Shown one piece after another: positions 37,138 through 50,616 of a DNA stretch of 51,682 bases. A program made the translations under genes and the position numbers. The stretch comes from Nitrospiraceae bacterium (GTDB lineage: Bacteria > Nitrospirota > Nitrospiria > Nitrospirales > Nitrospiraceae). Location of the stretch: assembly GCA_023248355.1 (NCBI GenBank), contig JAHFES010000004.1, positions 1 through 51,682 on the forward strand, written 5' to 3'. How positions within the stretch are numbered: position 1 is the first letter of the stretch; every line of letters begins with the position of its first letter. The notes beneath the pieces were generated by a model. The model was not told the origin of the DNA. It saw only the letters and a list, made by a program, of their open reading frames with translations, and did no database searches.

Positions 37138-39615
37138 CTAGCTGCCGGCCTCCTCGCCAGCGCTCGGATCCTCGCGTTCGACTATTTCCGCCAGTCTGGC
37201 GACACCCACCACGCGGTCCTCTTCACCGTCGAGATCGAGCAGTCGGACGCCCTGCGTATTGCGGCCAATCTCTCGGATGTCGTCCACTTTGCAGCGAAGC
37301 ACTTTGCCCTGAGCGGCCATGAGCACGATTTCATCGCCATCTCGCACTTGCAGAAATCCAACAGCTAGCCCATTCCGCTCATTGGTCTTCACGCTAATGA
37401 TGCCTTTGCCGCCACGGCCTTGCACGCGATACGCGCCTACAGGCGTCCGCTTGCCGTATCCGCCTTCCGTGACGGTAAGAATCGCTGTGGTCGAATCGGG
37501 CGTAATCGTTTCCATGCCGATGACTTCATCGCCCTCTTCAAGTGTAATCCCTTTCACGCCGTACGCGGTACGACCCATCGACCTGGCTTCTTCTTCTTTG
37601 AATCGAATGGTAATGCCCTGTTTAGTTCCGAGCAGAATCTCGCGCTGGCCGTCGGTCAGGTGCACGCTGATCAGCTTGTCGCCATCTTCCAGTCCCAACG
37701 CAATGATGCCGCCCTGACGAGGATTACTGTAGGCCGCGAGTTCCGTCTTCTTGATGGTGCCTTTTTTTGTCGCCATCACCACGAATCGATCCTCACGGTA
37801 CTCTTTGACCGGCAACGTCGCGGTGACCTTCTCATTGCTCGACAAGGCGAGCAGATTGACGAGCGCCTTCCCCTTGGCGGCCCGGCCGGCTTCCGGAATC
37901 TCGTGGACCTTGAGCCAGTAGACCTTCCCGGCGTCGGTGAAGAACAGGAGAGAATCGTGCGTGGAGGCGGTAAAGAGGGTTTCGACGAAGTCTTCTTCTT
38001 TAATCCCCATCCCGATCTTGCCTTTGCCCCCTCGTCGCTGGGCGCGATAGAGAGACACCGCGTTCCGCTTGATGTACCCGGCATGGGAAATAGAGACGAT
38101 GACCTCTTCTTCCGCAATCATATCTTCGAGGCTGATCTCCGCCTCTTCCTTGACGATCTGTGTGCGCCGCTCGTCTTTGTAGGTTTCGCGGATCTCGGTC
38201 AACTCGTCCTTGATGATCATCCGCACCAACGCCTCGCTGGCCAGGACAGACTTGAGATATTCTATCTGCTTCAGAACTGCTTGGTATTCTTCGATCAGTT
38301 TCGTCCGCTCGAGTTGCGTCAAGCGCTGGAGCCGCATGTCAAGAATCGCCGTGGCCTGGATCTCGCTGAGTGCGAACTGTTGCATCAAACCGGCGCGGGC
38401 TTCGTCGGGCGATTGCGAGCGCCGGATCAATGCGATCACCGCATCGAGATTGTCGAGGGCGATCTTGAGGCCTTCGAGAATATGGGCCCGCTCTTCCGCC
38501 TTGCGGAGGTCGAACGCGGTACGCCGCACGACCACTTCGCGTCGATGCTCGAGGAAGTGATGCAGGATCTGCTTGAGATTCAGCACTTCGGGACGCTTGT
38601 TGACCAGGGCAAGCATGATCACACCGAACGTCGTCTCGAGCTGGGTATGCTTGTACAGATTGTTCAAGATCACCAAAGGGATTTCGTTCCGCTTCAGCTC
38701 GATCACAACCCGGACGCCCTCACGATCGGATGATTCGTCGCGGAGATCGGAAATGCCTTTTATCCGGTCGTCCTGGATCAGCTCGGCGATCTTCTCGATC
38801 AGCCGCGCCTTGTTGATCTGATACGGCATCTCCGTCACGATCAGGCGTGCGCGCTCTGTGCGTTCGTCCGTTTCGACGACGATCTTCGCTCGCAGCTTGA
38901 GAAGGCCGCGGCCGGTTTCATAGGCCTGCTTGATGCCGCCCATGCCGTAGATAAAGCCGGCTGTGGGAAAGTCTGGGCCGGGAATCTTCTTCATCAACTG
39001 CGCGATCGTGACCTCAGAGTTTTCCAACAGCAGGAGCAACCCATCGATCACTTCACCGATATTGTGCGGGGGAATATTCGTGGCGTAGCCGACCGCGATG
39101 CCGCCGGCCCCGTTGATGAGGAGATTCGGCACTTTCGTCGGCAGAACGAGTGGTTCCTGCCGTGATTCGTCGTAGTTCGGCCCGAAGTCGACCGTTTCCT
39201 TGTCGATATCGGCCAGCAACTCCTCGGCCAGCTTGGTCATGCGCGCTTCGGTGTACCGCATGGCCGCGGCCGAATCGCCATCCATCGATCCATAGTTCCC
39301 TTGGCCATCCACGAGCATGTAGCGCATGTTGAAGCTCTGCGCCATCCGCACGAGGGTGTCGTAGATCGCCGAATCGCCATGGGGGTGATAATTTCCCATG
39401 ATCTCACCGACGATCTTGGCAGACTTGCGGTAGGACCGGTTGGAGGCCAGACCCATCTCATTCATGCCGAACAGAATACGGCGGTGCACCGGCTTGAGTC
39501 CGTCGCGGACGTCGGGAAGCGCTCGTCCCACGATCACGCTCATCGCGTAATCGAGGTAGGACGACTTCATCTCGTCTTCAATCGCGATATGGCCTAAACG
39601 TTCATCAGGGGGCAT
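37138..39615 (-). CDS. gyrA: DNA gyrase subunit A
   Basis: [33 protein letters not shown], GyrA-box QRRGGKG, CTD repeats. Confidence 0.99.
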   Translation of the reverse strand: MPPDERLGHIAIEDEMKSSYLDYAMSVIVGRALPDVRDGLKPVHRRILFGMNEMGLASNRSYRKSAKIVGEIMGNYHPHGDSAIYDTLVRMAQSFNMRYMLVDGQGNYGSMDGDSAAAMRYTEARMTKLAEELLADIDKETVDFGPNYDESRQEPLVLPTKVPNLLINGAGGIAVGYATNIPPHNIGEVIDGLLLLLENSEVTIAQLMKKIPGPDFPTAGFIYGMGGIKQAYETGRGLLKLRAKIVVETDERTERARLIVTEMPYQINKARLIEKIAELIQDDRIKGISDLRDESSDREGVRVVIELKRNEIPLVILNNLYKHTQLETTFGVIMLALVNKRPEVLNLKQILHHFLEHRREVVVRRTAFDLRKAEERAHILEGLKIALDNLDAVIALIRRSQSPDEARAGLMQQFALSEIQATAILDMRLQRLTQLERTKLIEEYQAVLKQIEYLKSVLASEALVRMIIKDELTEIRETYKDERRTQIVKEEAEISLEDMIAEEEVIVSISHAGYIKRNAVSLYRAQRRGGKGKIGMGIKEEDFVETLFTASTHDSLLFFTDAGKVYWLKVHEIPEAGRAAKGKALVNLLALSSNEKVTATLPVKEYREDRFVVMATKKGTIKKTELAAYSNPRQGGIIALGLEDGDKLISVHLTDGQREILLGTKQGITIRFKEEEARSMGRTAYGVKGITLEEGDEVIGMETITPDSTTAILTVTEGGYGKRTPVGAYRVQGRGGKGIISVKTNERNGLAVGFLQVRDGDEIVLMAAQGKVLRCKVDDIREIGRNTQGVRLLDLDGEEDRVVGVARLAEIVEREDPSAGEEAGS

Positions 39616-39623
39616 CGTGTCCT

Positions 39624-39703
39624 CGTGAAGCGTATCTCGTGAAACGTGAAACGTAGGACTTGTCTTCTATTCTCCGCCTGCGCTTCACGCTTCACGAACG
39701 ACG
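39624..39703. repeat. heptamer tandem/inverted array (CGTGAAR / CGCTTCA)
   Basis: cgtgaag cgtatct cgtgaaa cgtgaaa cgtagga ... cgcttca cgcttca cgaacga. Confidence 0.7.
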
Positions 39704-42271
<2,568 letters not shown>

Positions 42272-42273
<2 letters not shown>

Positions 42274-43399
42274 ATATTTTGATCGGCATCACCACACACT
42301 TGAATCCCGGACTCTCGGGCTCCTGAATCAAGCAGGGGCTCAGCGGGGTCTCCATCTGCAAGGTGATCGTCTCGCCATCCATGACACTGAACACATCCAG
42401 AAGATAGCGGGCGTTGAACCCGGTGTTGTGGGCTTCGCCCTCATAGCGTGCGGATAATTCTTCGGTGGCTTCTCCGTAATCCGGATTGCTGGAGAATAAT
42501 GTCATCTTATCTGATGCGAATGAGACCTTCACGGCACTCGCCTTATCTTTGGACAACACCGAGACGCGACGCAACGCACTTTCCAACTCAACCCGATTCA
42601 CGCTGATTTTCTTGCCGCCTTCTTTTGGAATGACCTGCTGGTAGTTGGGGTAGTTCCCTTCCATCAACCGCGAGGTCAACAGCAGGCCGCTCTTCCTGAA
42701 GATCATGAGATTCTTGGTAAACCCTATGAGCGGCTCCCCTTCGCCGCCCTCTTCTAAGAGGCGCCGCATTTCTTGCGCGGCCTTCTTGGGAATGATCGCC
42801 TTAATTTCCTGTGGACCGCCCTTGCTGTCTGCCTTGCCCACTTCCTGTTCCGCCACGGCCAGGCGATGGCCGTCGGTGCCGACTAATCGAAGCGCAGTTT
42901 TCTTGTCGGTGACCAGGAGGGTGACCAGGAGACCGTTCAGGATATACCGGGCATCATTGTCGCCCGCGGCAAAGAGCGTCTTGCGAATCAATTCCAGGAA
43001 ACCGTCTCCTGAGAGCGGCGTCAACCCTTCGCGCTCGATCGCCGGCAACGCGGGGTAGTCCGCACTGGGCAACCCGACGACCTTGAATTGACTCTTCCCG
43101 GCTTGAATGGTCGTCCAATTGTTGTCGCCCGCCGTCAACTCGATTTCGCCCGACGGTAGTTCCTTGATGATCTCGAACAATTTTCTGGCGGACACCGTGA
43201 CACCGCCGGTCTGAAGCACGGTCGCTTTATAGAGCCCGCGCATACCGATTTCGAGATCCGTTGCGACGATCTCTACGCCTTCTTGCTTGGCTTCGAGAAG
43301 GATGTTCGACAAAATGGGCATCGTATTCCGCTTTTCCACGACGCCTTGGACCCGTTGGAGTCCGGTCAGTAGCTCGTCTCGTCCGATCCGTACCTTCAT
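42272..43399 (-). CDS. dnaN: DNA polymerase III beta clamp
   Basis: PILSNILL, ATDLEI, TDGHRLA, IIPKKA, YPNYQQVIP, GFNARYLLD, VVMPI; ATG 43399 with SD AGGAG. Confidence 0.98.
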
Positions 43400-43423
43400 G
43401 GCGCATTCTCCCTGGGGAAGCAC

Positions 43424-44767
43424 TTAGCTCCGCAGAATCTGTTCTTTCAACGTTTCGAGCGTTGACTGCAACGTCGTGTCGGTCTCTTTAGCTTTCGCCA
43501 CCTGGCGGCAGGCATGAATGATGGTCGTGTGGTCTTTGCCCCCAAACTGGCGCCCGATTTCAGGGTACGAGGCATCGGTAAGTTCTCGACACAGATACAT
43601 CGCAATCTGCCGCGGATGCACGAGTGTTTTACTCCGACGTCGGGACTTCAGTTCGGTCATCTTGACATGGAACTGGGTACACACGGTTTCTTGAATATCA
43701 TCCATTGCGACGATCTTCTTCTTGTCCCCAATGAGATCGCGGAGGACGTTCTTCGCCATCTCCAGGGTGATGACCTGGCCCGTCAGCGACGCATAGGCCC
43801 CCAATCGCACAAGACTGCCTTCCAGCTCACGGATGTTGCTCTTCATCGTCGTGGAGAGGAACTGAATCACATCTTCCGGGAGCTTGACTCCTTCATCCTC
43901 TGATTTCTTCCTCAAGATCGCGATGCGAGTTTCGACGTCCGGGGGTTGCAAATCTGCAATTAATCCGCACTCGAACCGTGATCGAAGCCGTTCTTCAATA
44001 TCCGGCATATCTTTAGGGAACCGATCACTGGAGAGGACAATTTGCTTATGCCCTTCATACAACGCATTGAAGGTGTGGAAGAACTCCTCTTGCGTCCGCT
44101 CTTTCCCGGCCAGAAACTGAATGTCATCGATCATGAGCATGTCGATATGCCGGTAGCGCTTCCGGAGATCCATCATCTTGTCGTACCGGATGGAATTGAT
44201 GACCTCGTTCGTAAACTGCTCGGTGGTCAGATAGGCGGTACGGAGGTCTGTCTGTTCCGCCACATGGTTTCCAATCGCATTTAACAAGTGAGTTTTACCC
44301 AAGCCCACGCCGCCATAAATAAAGAGGGGGTTATAGGTCTTTCCAGGCTGTTCGGCCACGGCCATGCAGGCAGCATGAGCAAACTGATTGCCTGCACCGA
44401 CGACAAAGTTCTTGAATGTATACTTCGGGTTGAGTTGAATTCCTCGTCTGGCCTTAAGTTGGCTTCCCGCCCGAGTGGCGTTCAGGACGGCTTGGTTTTC
44501 AACCGGGCGGGCAGGGGCCTTTTGAAAGACGACAAAACTCACAGCCAGATCTCCCCCCCCTCGAGCCGTCGCAACCGCCTCCGCGAGGAGTGGACCATAG
44601 TGGGTATGCAGCCAATCGCCAAAGAATTTATTAGGGACTCCAATATGAGCAGTTGAGTTCTCAATCCGGTCCAAATGGACAGGGGTAAACCACGTGTCAT
44701 AGACCTGTTTCGGGACCTTCCCTTGGATGTAATGAAGCGCCTCTTGCCAGACCGTATCTATACTCAT
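43424..44767 (-). CDS. dnaA: chromosomal replication initiator
   Basis: [61 protein letters not shown]. Confidence 0.99.
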   Translation of the reverse strand: MSIDTVWQEALHYIQGKVPKQVYDTWFTPVHLDRIENSTAHIGVPNKFFGDWLHTHYGPLLAEAVATARGGGDLAVSFVVFQKAPARPVENQAVLNATRAGSQLKARRGIQLNPKYTFKNFVVGAGNQFAHAACMAVAEQPGKTYNPLFIYGGVGLGKTHLLNAIGNHVAEQTDLRTAYLTTEQFTNEVINSIRYDKMMDLRKRYRHIDMLMIDDIQFLAGKERTQEEFFHTFNALYEGHKQIVLSSDRFPKDMPDIEERLRSRFECGLIADLQPPDVETRIAILRKKSEDEGVKLPEDVIQFLSTTMKSNIRELEGSLVRLGAYASLTGQVITLEMAKNVLRDLIGDKKKIVAMDDIQETVCTQFHVKMTELKSRRRSKTLVHPRQIAMYLCRELTDASYPEIGRQFGGKDHTTIIHACRQVAKAKETDTTLQSTLETLKEQILRS

Positions 44768-45094
44768 AAACCACGAAAATTCCTATACACAGGCTTATTC
44801 ACACCTGTGTATAACTTGGGTGCTTCTGACCTGGTTACGAATACGACGGGAGAAGGTGAATAGCATGTCGCGCTAGGTGTTGTCGAGTCGCGTTCAGTGA
44901 CGTCTATCTGCTCAACAGTCTTTCCACAGCTCATAAGCTTATCGTCCAGAACAATTCCCCAATCTTTTCCTCACACACAGGCTGAATTTTTTCGCACAGA
45001 AACAATGACATCAACACTATCCCCACTATTCTCTTCACTACTCTTACTCCGACTCCGACTACTAATTTTCTCTTTAAGGTATGAAATTAAGAAG
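44768..45094. other. oriC: replication origin oriC (DnaA boxes, DnaA-trio-like tract, AT-rich stretch)
   Basis: TTATTCACA 44795-44803 and TGTGTATAA 44806-44814 (perfect); CTATACACA 44783, CTTTCCACA 44920, CTATCCCCA 45017 (1-2 mismatches); CTA/CTC-rich tract 45026-45064. Confidence 0.8.
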
Positions 45095-45337
45095 TCAGAG
45101 GGTAATCACCTTTCCAGCCTGGATGATCACATCAAGGAGCTGTCTGTATGTCAAACGCTGCCCTGTTTTAAGATTGAACATACTCCCTGAACCTAAGACT
45201 TCTATAGTTTGCGATGAAGAATCCGTACCGATTGCCTTTCTAATCCAAAAAACCATGACGCTGGGATCATGAGGGGGAAAGAGTGAGTGCGGCATCGTCT
45301 GCACTGGGTTGCGAACTAGGTAAACAAGGGAACGCAT
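45095..45337 (-). CDS. DsrH/TusB-like small protein
   Basis: C-terminus LTYRQLLDVIIQAGKVITL matches the DsrH/TusB pattern; third gene of a DsrE-like trio; start 45337 or 45361. Confidence 0.55.
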   Translation of the reverse strand: MRSLVYLVRNPVQTMPHSLFPPHDPSVMVFWIRKAIGTDSSSQTIEVLGSGSMFNLKTGQRLTYRQLLDVIIQAGKVITL

Positions 45338-45361
45338 GGAAGTGATCTCCAGGACAGCCAC

Positions 45362-45703
45362 TTAGAATACGAGTGTTCGATCCATCGATTGAATCAGTGA
45401 GCAAATACTCTCATCAGATTCGTAGCGAATAAGGAACTCAGTACGCACCCGAGATCGATCCGTTGCCATTTCAAGAACAAACGGCATCTCAAGATGTTCG
45501 ATAGAGGGAAGATATTTTTCAAGAATATCCACATCAATAATATCGTCCGTGTCTTCAGAAAGCAGGCGAACAGCCTCACCTAACAGAACGACTGTGGTGA
45601 TATGAGATCCCGCAACCAAACCAAGAGCAATGCGCAGCGCTTCAACAGGTCTGTGTATCTTTCGAGGATCTTCTTGAATAATAACGGCGACGTTCTTAGC
45701 CAT
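45362..45703 (-). CDS. DsrE/DsrF-like protein
   Basis: VAVII..DP, EALRIALGL, VVLLGEAVRLL, C-terminal D..LVF. Confidence 0.72.
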   Translation of the reverse strand: MAKNVAVIIQEDPRKIHRPVEALRIALGLVAGSHITTVVLLGEAVRLLSEDTDDIIDVDILEKYLPSIEHLEMPFVLEMATDRSRVRTEFLIRYESDESICSLIQSMDRTLVF

Positions 45704-45720
45704 TGGAAAATTCAGCGCTC

Positions 45721-46038
45721 TCAGGTGAACGATAAGAACGGTTCACAGGCGTCAATGATTCCAGAAAGAACGACAAGTCCACACAGTGAGATATGAGGAT
45801 CGAGATTCTCAATCGAGACGTGATGCCGTTGACAACCATACGCACAAGCAAAGACCTTTACGCCTGATTGAGCCAGAGTTTGGTATTGAGAAGTGTGGAT
45901 ATTCTTCACCCCCTCATCAATGAGGTAGAGATAGACTTCATAACCTGCTAGTAGGGCTGCCTGAGCCAGTCCATGAACGGTGGTGACACTGGTATGTGCA
46001 GGAGGAAGAGAAAGGAGAAGCCCGAGTTTACGCTTCAT
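45721..46038 (-). CDS. DsrE/TusD-like sulfur-relay protein
   Basis: LGLLLS.PP, LAQAAL..GYEVYLYLIDEGV, VFACAYGC (Cys at the DsrE active position), II.ACE.FLSF. Confidence 0.8.
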   Translation of the reverse strand: MKRKLGLLLSLPPAHTSVTTVHGLAQAALLAGYEVYLYLIDEGVKNIHTSQYQTLAQSGVKVFACAYGCQRHHVSIENLDPHISLCGLVVLSGIIDACEPFLSFT

Positions 46039-46144
46039 CTGACGAGTCCACCGTATTTTATGTTAAACAATCATATACTTATGAGTTTTATCTTGTAAAA
46101 GATTAAGAGGTTTATTGAGGAAAGTCAATCTGAAAAACGGTGAA

Positions 46145-47407
46145 TCAAGAGCCGCTAAGGAGAGGTAGAACATGGGGAATAAGTGAAAGGAGAGGGATGT
46201 CAAGTTGAACTTTTGTTTCCATATTACGGAGAACGCCCAGTCCTTTCACCACTTCATCGTCTCCTACGATTAACGTATACCGACACCCCAGTCGGTCAGC
46301 CTGACGCAAGTGGGCCTTCAATGTTCCCGACCGGAAATCAGAGACGGCTCGGATTCCCGCCTTGCGGAGTTCCTCCAGAGACAATAATCCCGCCGCCGAT
46401 CCTTGGATGCCAAATCCGGCGACATAGACAGTCGTATATCCAGGAGTAGAGACAACAGCTGTGTCCGGCAACATCATCGCCATCCGCTCCAACCCGACAG
46501 CAAACCCGACAGCAGGAGTTGGCGGACCTCCAAGAGTCTCGACGAGCCCATCATAACGACCACCAGCCCCTACCGCATTTTGAGCGCCCAGGTTGGTGGT
46601 GGTGACTTCAAATGTCGTCAAGCCGTAGTAATCGAGACCGCGCACGAGCCGGTGGTTTAAGTGATAGGGGATCCTGATCGCGTCAAGACCGGCCAAGACT
46701 CCTGCGAAGTACGTGCGCGCCTTTTCGGAGAGGGTGTCAGCGAGATGGGGAGCCGCTTCCGTTGCCGTTCGACAGTCGGGAACCTTGCAGTCCAAGACAC
46801 GGAGCGGGTTCGTCTCAATCCGGCGCTTGCAGTTTCCGCAGAGCTTTTCTTCATGCTGTTTTAAATACGCCACAAGCTGGGGCCGATAGGTTTCCCGATC
46901 AGCGGTGTCGCCAAGATTATTGATCTCCAGGGTCAGACCCGGGAGTGCCAGGGCTGACAGCACTCGCCAGAGCAAGGCAATTACTTCCACGTCGGCGCGC
47001 GGATCAGCTATACCGAAGGATTCAACCCCGAACTGGTGGAATTGGCGCAGGCGCCCGGCCTGAGGCCGCTCGTGACGAAACATCGGACCGAAGTAGAAAT
47101 ACTTTTGAGGGACAGGATCCGCCGCGCGGTTGTGTTCGATATAGGCACGCACGGTTCCCGCAGTCCCTTCGGGGCGAAGAGTCAGTGAGGTTCCATCCCG
47201 GTCCTGGAACGTATACATTTCCTTTTCAACGATGTCAGTCGAGGCGCCGATGCTCCGCGCAAACAGGGTGGTGACCTCGAAGATCGGGATGCGAATCTCC
47301 TGAAACCCGTACCCCGTGGCCCACCGCCTAGCGGTTTCTTCGATAAGACGCCAGCGTGGCGTCTCTTCCGGCAGCAAGTCTTTGACGCCTTTAATGCCCT
47401 TAATCAT
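46145..47407 (-). CDS. hisS: histidine--tRNA ligase
   Basis: DIVEKEMYTF, LRPEGTA, FRHERPQAGRLRQFHQ, LVRGLDYY, GGRYDGL, GFAVGLER. Confidence 0.98.
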   Translation of the reverse strand: MIKGIKGVKDLLPEETPRWRLIEETARRWATGYGFQEIRIPIFEVTTLFARSIGASTDIVEKEMYTFQDRDGTSLTLRPEGTAGTVRAYIEHNRAADPVPQKYFYFGPMFRHERPQAGRLRQFHQFGVESFGIADPRADVEVIALLWRVLSALALPGLTLEINNLGDTADRETYRPQLVAYLKQHEEKLCGNCKRRIETNPLRVLDCKVPDCRTATEAAPHLADTLSEKARTYFAGVLAGLDAIRIPYHLNHRLVRGLDYYGLTTFEVTTTNLGAQNAVGAGGRYDGLVETLGGPPTPAVGFAVGLERMAMMLPDTAVVSTPGYTTVYVAGFGIQGSAAGLLSLEELRKAGIRAVSDFRSGTLKAHLRQADRLGCRYTLIVGDDEVVKGLGVLRNMETKVQLDIPLLSLIPHVLPLLSGS

Positions 47408-47657
47408 GGAGTCATTCCTTTGCGTAGAAAGCGTCGGGACTATAGCGGCGAGGTTATAATCAAGTCAACGCGAGCGCGGAGGTCCATGGCCTTGGCTGAT
47501 TCGTTCAGCGAACGGAGAAGGATAGTCACACAACATCCGGCGCTTACCCCCATGACCTCTCTATAGTCTTGCTCCAAACTAAGGCAGAGGGTATAGTGCG
47601 CCCCCTACGGTTGTGTACTGCCCGTCGGGGGCAACCATTGGGTGTGGGCAACGCTCT

Positions 47658-49145
47658 ATGAGTCATGATCAAACCGGTCGCCGCGTGGTCGCCATCGCTC
47701 CGATGCCGCCGGAGAAGTCCGCCTATGCCCTCGCCCGTTACAGCCGCTCGCCCGATTCCATCGAAAGCAGTATCAAGTGGGTCCACGGCCATTCGTCGGA
47801 AAAATTCTGGGACCAGTTCTATTTTGATTACGGTCACGCCTCTATTGCCGATCTTGGGCATGTGATCGTCTGTTTCGAAGACATCTCTGAACTGGCCGCC
47901 ATTCGGTTGGAAGATGAGCCGCTCTGGGACGGCCAGGCCAAATCGAGCCGCTACCAGAATTTTGCGTCGAATCGCTGGTTCGTGCCCGGCCAGATTCAAG
48001 GCAGCGAAACCGAAGCCGTCTACGAAGGCATCCTCCGCAGCCTGTCGGAAATTTATCGCCTGTTGCATGACCCGCTGACGACATTTCTCTCTGAACGCGA
48101 GCCTCGACCGGAGTCGATGAAGCCAGCCGACTATCAACGAACGATTGCCGCCCGAGCCTTCGACGTCACGCGCTATCTGCTCCCGCTTGCGGCCAAGACC
48201 AACGTGGGCCAGGTCGTGAGCATCCGTACATTGGAAAAGCAGATCACCCGCTTGTTGTCCTCGCCATTACCGGAACTTCGGGCTATCGGCGACGATTTGA
48301 AAGAAGCCTGTCAGCGTCCGCCGGTCAATCTCTGGGGCGAACTCTGTGGGCAGACCGCCGGCCTGGCAGATCCTCTGGCCCCGACGCTCGCGCGTCATGC
48401 GAAACCAAACCCCTATCAAGAGACGGTCTATTCCGATCTCGCGCGCCATGCGAAGGACGTCTTGCGTGGGACTGACTTCGACCAGCCAAGCCAGTGGGGG
48501 AACGTGGAGTCCGTGGATCTGGTCGAGCCGCACCACCCGCTCGATGAAATCGTGACGACGCTCCTCTACCGGGTCTCGCATGCGCCGTACCGAAAAATTT
48601 TGGCGGTCGTGAAAGACTGGTCTGAAAAACAGAAGCAGGAGACAATCGAAGTAGCCACGCAACAGCGCGGTCCGTACGACGAACTGATCAAGGAATTTCG
48701 GAGCGGCTACGCCTTCAACTTCGACATCCTGATGGACATCGGCGCCTGGCGGGACATGCATCGCCACCGACGCTGCCAGCAAATCCAACAGAACTTCACG
48801 ACCCTGCATGGCTACGATGTCCCGCCGCCACTCGTTGAAGCCGGATTGGACCGGGAGTACCGGCAGGCGATGGATGCCGTGCGGACCGATATCGAGCTGC
48901 TCAAGAAAAAAGACCAGGAGGCGTCACTCTACGCCATCCCCTTCGGGTTCAAGGTCCGCTGTCTTTTCAAAATGGATTATGCTGAAGCGGAGTACATCGC
49001 CAGGCTTCGATCAGGCGTCAAGGGCCACTGGTCCTACCGGACCGTCGCCTGGCAGATGAAGCAGCAACTTGCACAACGATATCCCTTCCTGGGCGAACGC
49101 ATCCAAGCCACACCTCCAGATATCGAAGACACGTTGACGCGGTAG
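47658..49145 (+). CDS. thyX: FAD-dependent thymidylate synthase, tandem two-domain form
   Basis: LARYSRS, YGHASIADL, KSSRYQ, FDVTRYLLP in domain 1; RDMHRHR, LRSG..GHWSYR in domain 2; ATG 47658. Confidence 0.8.
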   Translation: MSHDQTGRRVVAIAPMPPEKSAYALARYSRSPDSIESSIKWVHGHSSEKFWDQFYFDYGHASIADLGHVIVCFEDISELAAIRLEDEPLWDGQAKSSRYQNFASNRWFVPGQIQGSETEAVYEGILRSLSEIYRLLHDPLTTFLSEREPRPESMKPADYQRTIAARAFDVTRYLLPLAAKTNVGQVVSIRTLEKQITRLLSSPLPELRAIGDDLKEACQRPPVNLWGELCGQTAGLADPLAPTLARHAKPNPYQETVYSDLARHAKDVLRGTDFDQPSQWGNVESVDLVEPHHPLDEIVTTLLYRVSHAPYRKILAVVKDWSEKQKQETIEVATQQRGPYDELIKEFRSGYAFNFDILMDIGAWRDMHRHRRCQQIQQNFTTLHGYDVPPPLVEAGLDREYRQAMDAVRTDIELLKKKDQEASLYAIPFGFKVRCLFKMDYAEAEYIARLRSGVKGHWSYRTVAWQMKQQLAQRYPFLGERIQATPPDIEDTLTR

Positions 49146-49161
49146 GAACAGCCCACGTCCC

Positions 49162-50199
49162 ATGAGCACGCATCAACGACAGAGCGAAGCGGCCATCGTG
49201 GCGGGAGCGTGGGATACGCTCTTGGCCGAAGCGTCGGCCTGGATTAAGGAGCAAGCAGGCACCGAGAGGCAGGATCCGCGACCATACTTTGCCCAGAATG
49301 TCGTCTATCTGTTGCGCGGTCAGTTTGCCGATGCGTGGCAAACGCACGCGCGCTGCCTCGAAGCCCAAGAAGATATTGCGGCGGTCAAAACGTGGATGGA
49401 GGCCCTCGTCGTGGGTCAGCGAGGAAATGGCCACGTGCATCTGGTTATGGGCCTGTTCCTGGCGCAGTCCGGGCAATCCGAGCAGTCCATGCAATCATAC
49501 AAAGAAGCCGTGCGGCTGCTTCCCCAGTCCGCCTACCCCCACTACTTTCTGGCACAAATTCATGAGCGGGCCAGCCATCTCGAAATGGCGATCAAGGAGT
49601 ACCGCGAGGCAGTGCGGCTCGCCCCGGACTTTGTCCCGGCGCGGACGAATCTCGGTGTGGCCTATCAGGAACAGGGCCGGTTGGAGATGGCGATCAAGGA
49701 ATATCGCGAGGTCATTAAGCTCCATCCTACCGATCCAGTCGCGTATGCCAATCTCGCCTGCGCCTTGGCGGAACAAGGCAAGATGGAGCCGGCCGTGCAG
49801 TCGTACAAAGCGGCGTTGAAACTGAATCCCCAAGACGCCGAGGTCCACTTCGCGCTGGGTGGGTTGTATGAAACGCGAGGGCGGTTAGATTTGGCGGATC
49901 GGTCCTATCGCGACGCGCTGGAGGCCAATCCGGATTTCGGTCCGGCGCACTCCGCCCTGGGCTGGCTCGCACTCAGGAAACAGCGCTTCCAGGACGCCCA
50001 GGAATTGTTTAGCCGGGCCTTGAAGTGCAATGAAGAGGATCCGCGTGCCTATCACGGCATCGCCGAACTCTATGCCATCCGCGGCAAGCGCCAGAGCGCC
50101 ATGGAGAACTACTCGAAGGCGGTGAAATACTACCGTGACCCGGAAATGCGAAACGCGATCATGAACCAGCTCTTCCAGGAAGGGCAGGTCCCGGATTAA
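49162..50199 (+). CDS. tetratricopeptide repeat protein
   Basis: About seven 34-aa repeats (Y.EA..L.P....A..NLG). Confidence 0.92.
   Translation: MSTHQRQSEAAIVAGAWDTLLAEASAWIKEQAGTERQDPRPYFAQNVVYLLRGQFADAWQTHARCLEAQEDIAAVKTWMEALVVGQRGNGHVHLVMGLFLAQSGQSEQSMQSYKEAVRLLPQSAYPHYFLAQIHERASHLEMAIKEYREAVRLAPDFVPARTNLGVAYQEQGRLEMAIKEYREVIKLHPTDPVAYANLACALAEQGKMEPAVQSYKAALKLNPQDAEVHFALGGLYETRGRLDLADRSYRDALEANPDFGPAHSALGWLALRKQRFQDAQELFSRALKCNEEDPRAYHGIAELYAIRGKRQSAMENYSKAVKYYRDPEMRNAIMNQLFQEGQVPD
50075..50199 (+). repeat. 125-bp direct repeat, copy A (3' end of TPR gene)
   Basis: 114/125 identical to 51027-51151 by manual alignment. Confidence 0.9.
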
Positions 50200-50373
50200 C
50201 GACGCCGTGTGAAGCATCCTGCCTCTTCGTCTTATCATTGGCTCCTGGCCCCCTCCTTGCGGAATCATAGTTTCAGCAACGGCTCAGAACACAGTACAGG
50301 CTTGACCGTTTCGTGGTCATCCGGCTAGTATCCAGAACGGATTCATTATGGAACCAGCGGGGAGGACACGGAG

Positions 50374-50616
50374 ATGGCGACATTAACCATTAAGAATATT
50401 CCAGAGCCGTTGGTGAAGCGACTCAAGCAGCAAGCGGCTGCGCATCGCCGAAGCCTGAATTTTGAGGTTATTTCCTATCTCGAGCAGATGACACACAGCG
50501 TACCGGTTGATGCTGAGGCTCTGCTGGCGAGGGCACGAGTTCTTCGCCGGATACCCAAAGGCATCCGACTGACCGATCGCCTGCTTCATGAACTCAAAGT
50601 GGTCGGGCGACCATGA
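50374..50616 (+). CDS. vapB: ribbon-helix-helix antitoxin (FitA/VapB-like)
   Basis: MATLTIKNIPE.L..RLK..AAAHRRSLN.EV; ATGA overlap with the PIN gene. Confidence 0.88.
   Translation: MATLTIKNIPEPLVKRLKQQAAAHRRSLNFEVISYLEQMTHSVPVDAEALLARARVLRRIPKGIRLTDRLLHELKVVGRP

Noticed and set aside
39340-39390. GyrA quinolone-resistance region
   Set aside because: HGDSAIYD has the usual Ser and acidic residue, so there is no resistance signature.
39624-39703. Short repeats as a CRISPR array
   Set aside because: 7-bp degenerate units without spacers, and no cas genes.
43967-43969. DnaA RFECGL instead of the common RFEWGL
   Set aside because: This position varies among lineages and could be a single-base error; the arginine finger and other motifs are intact.
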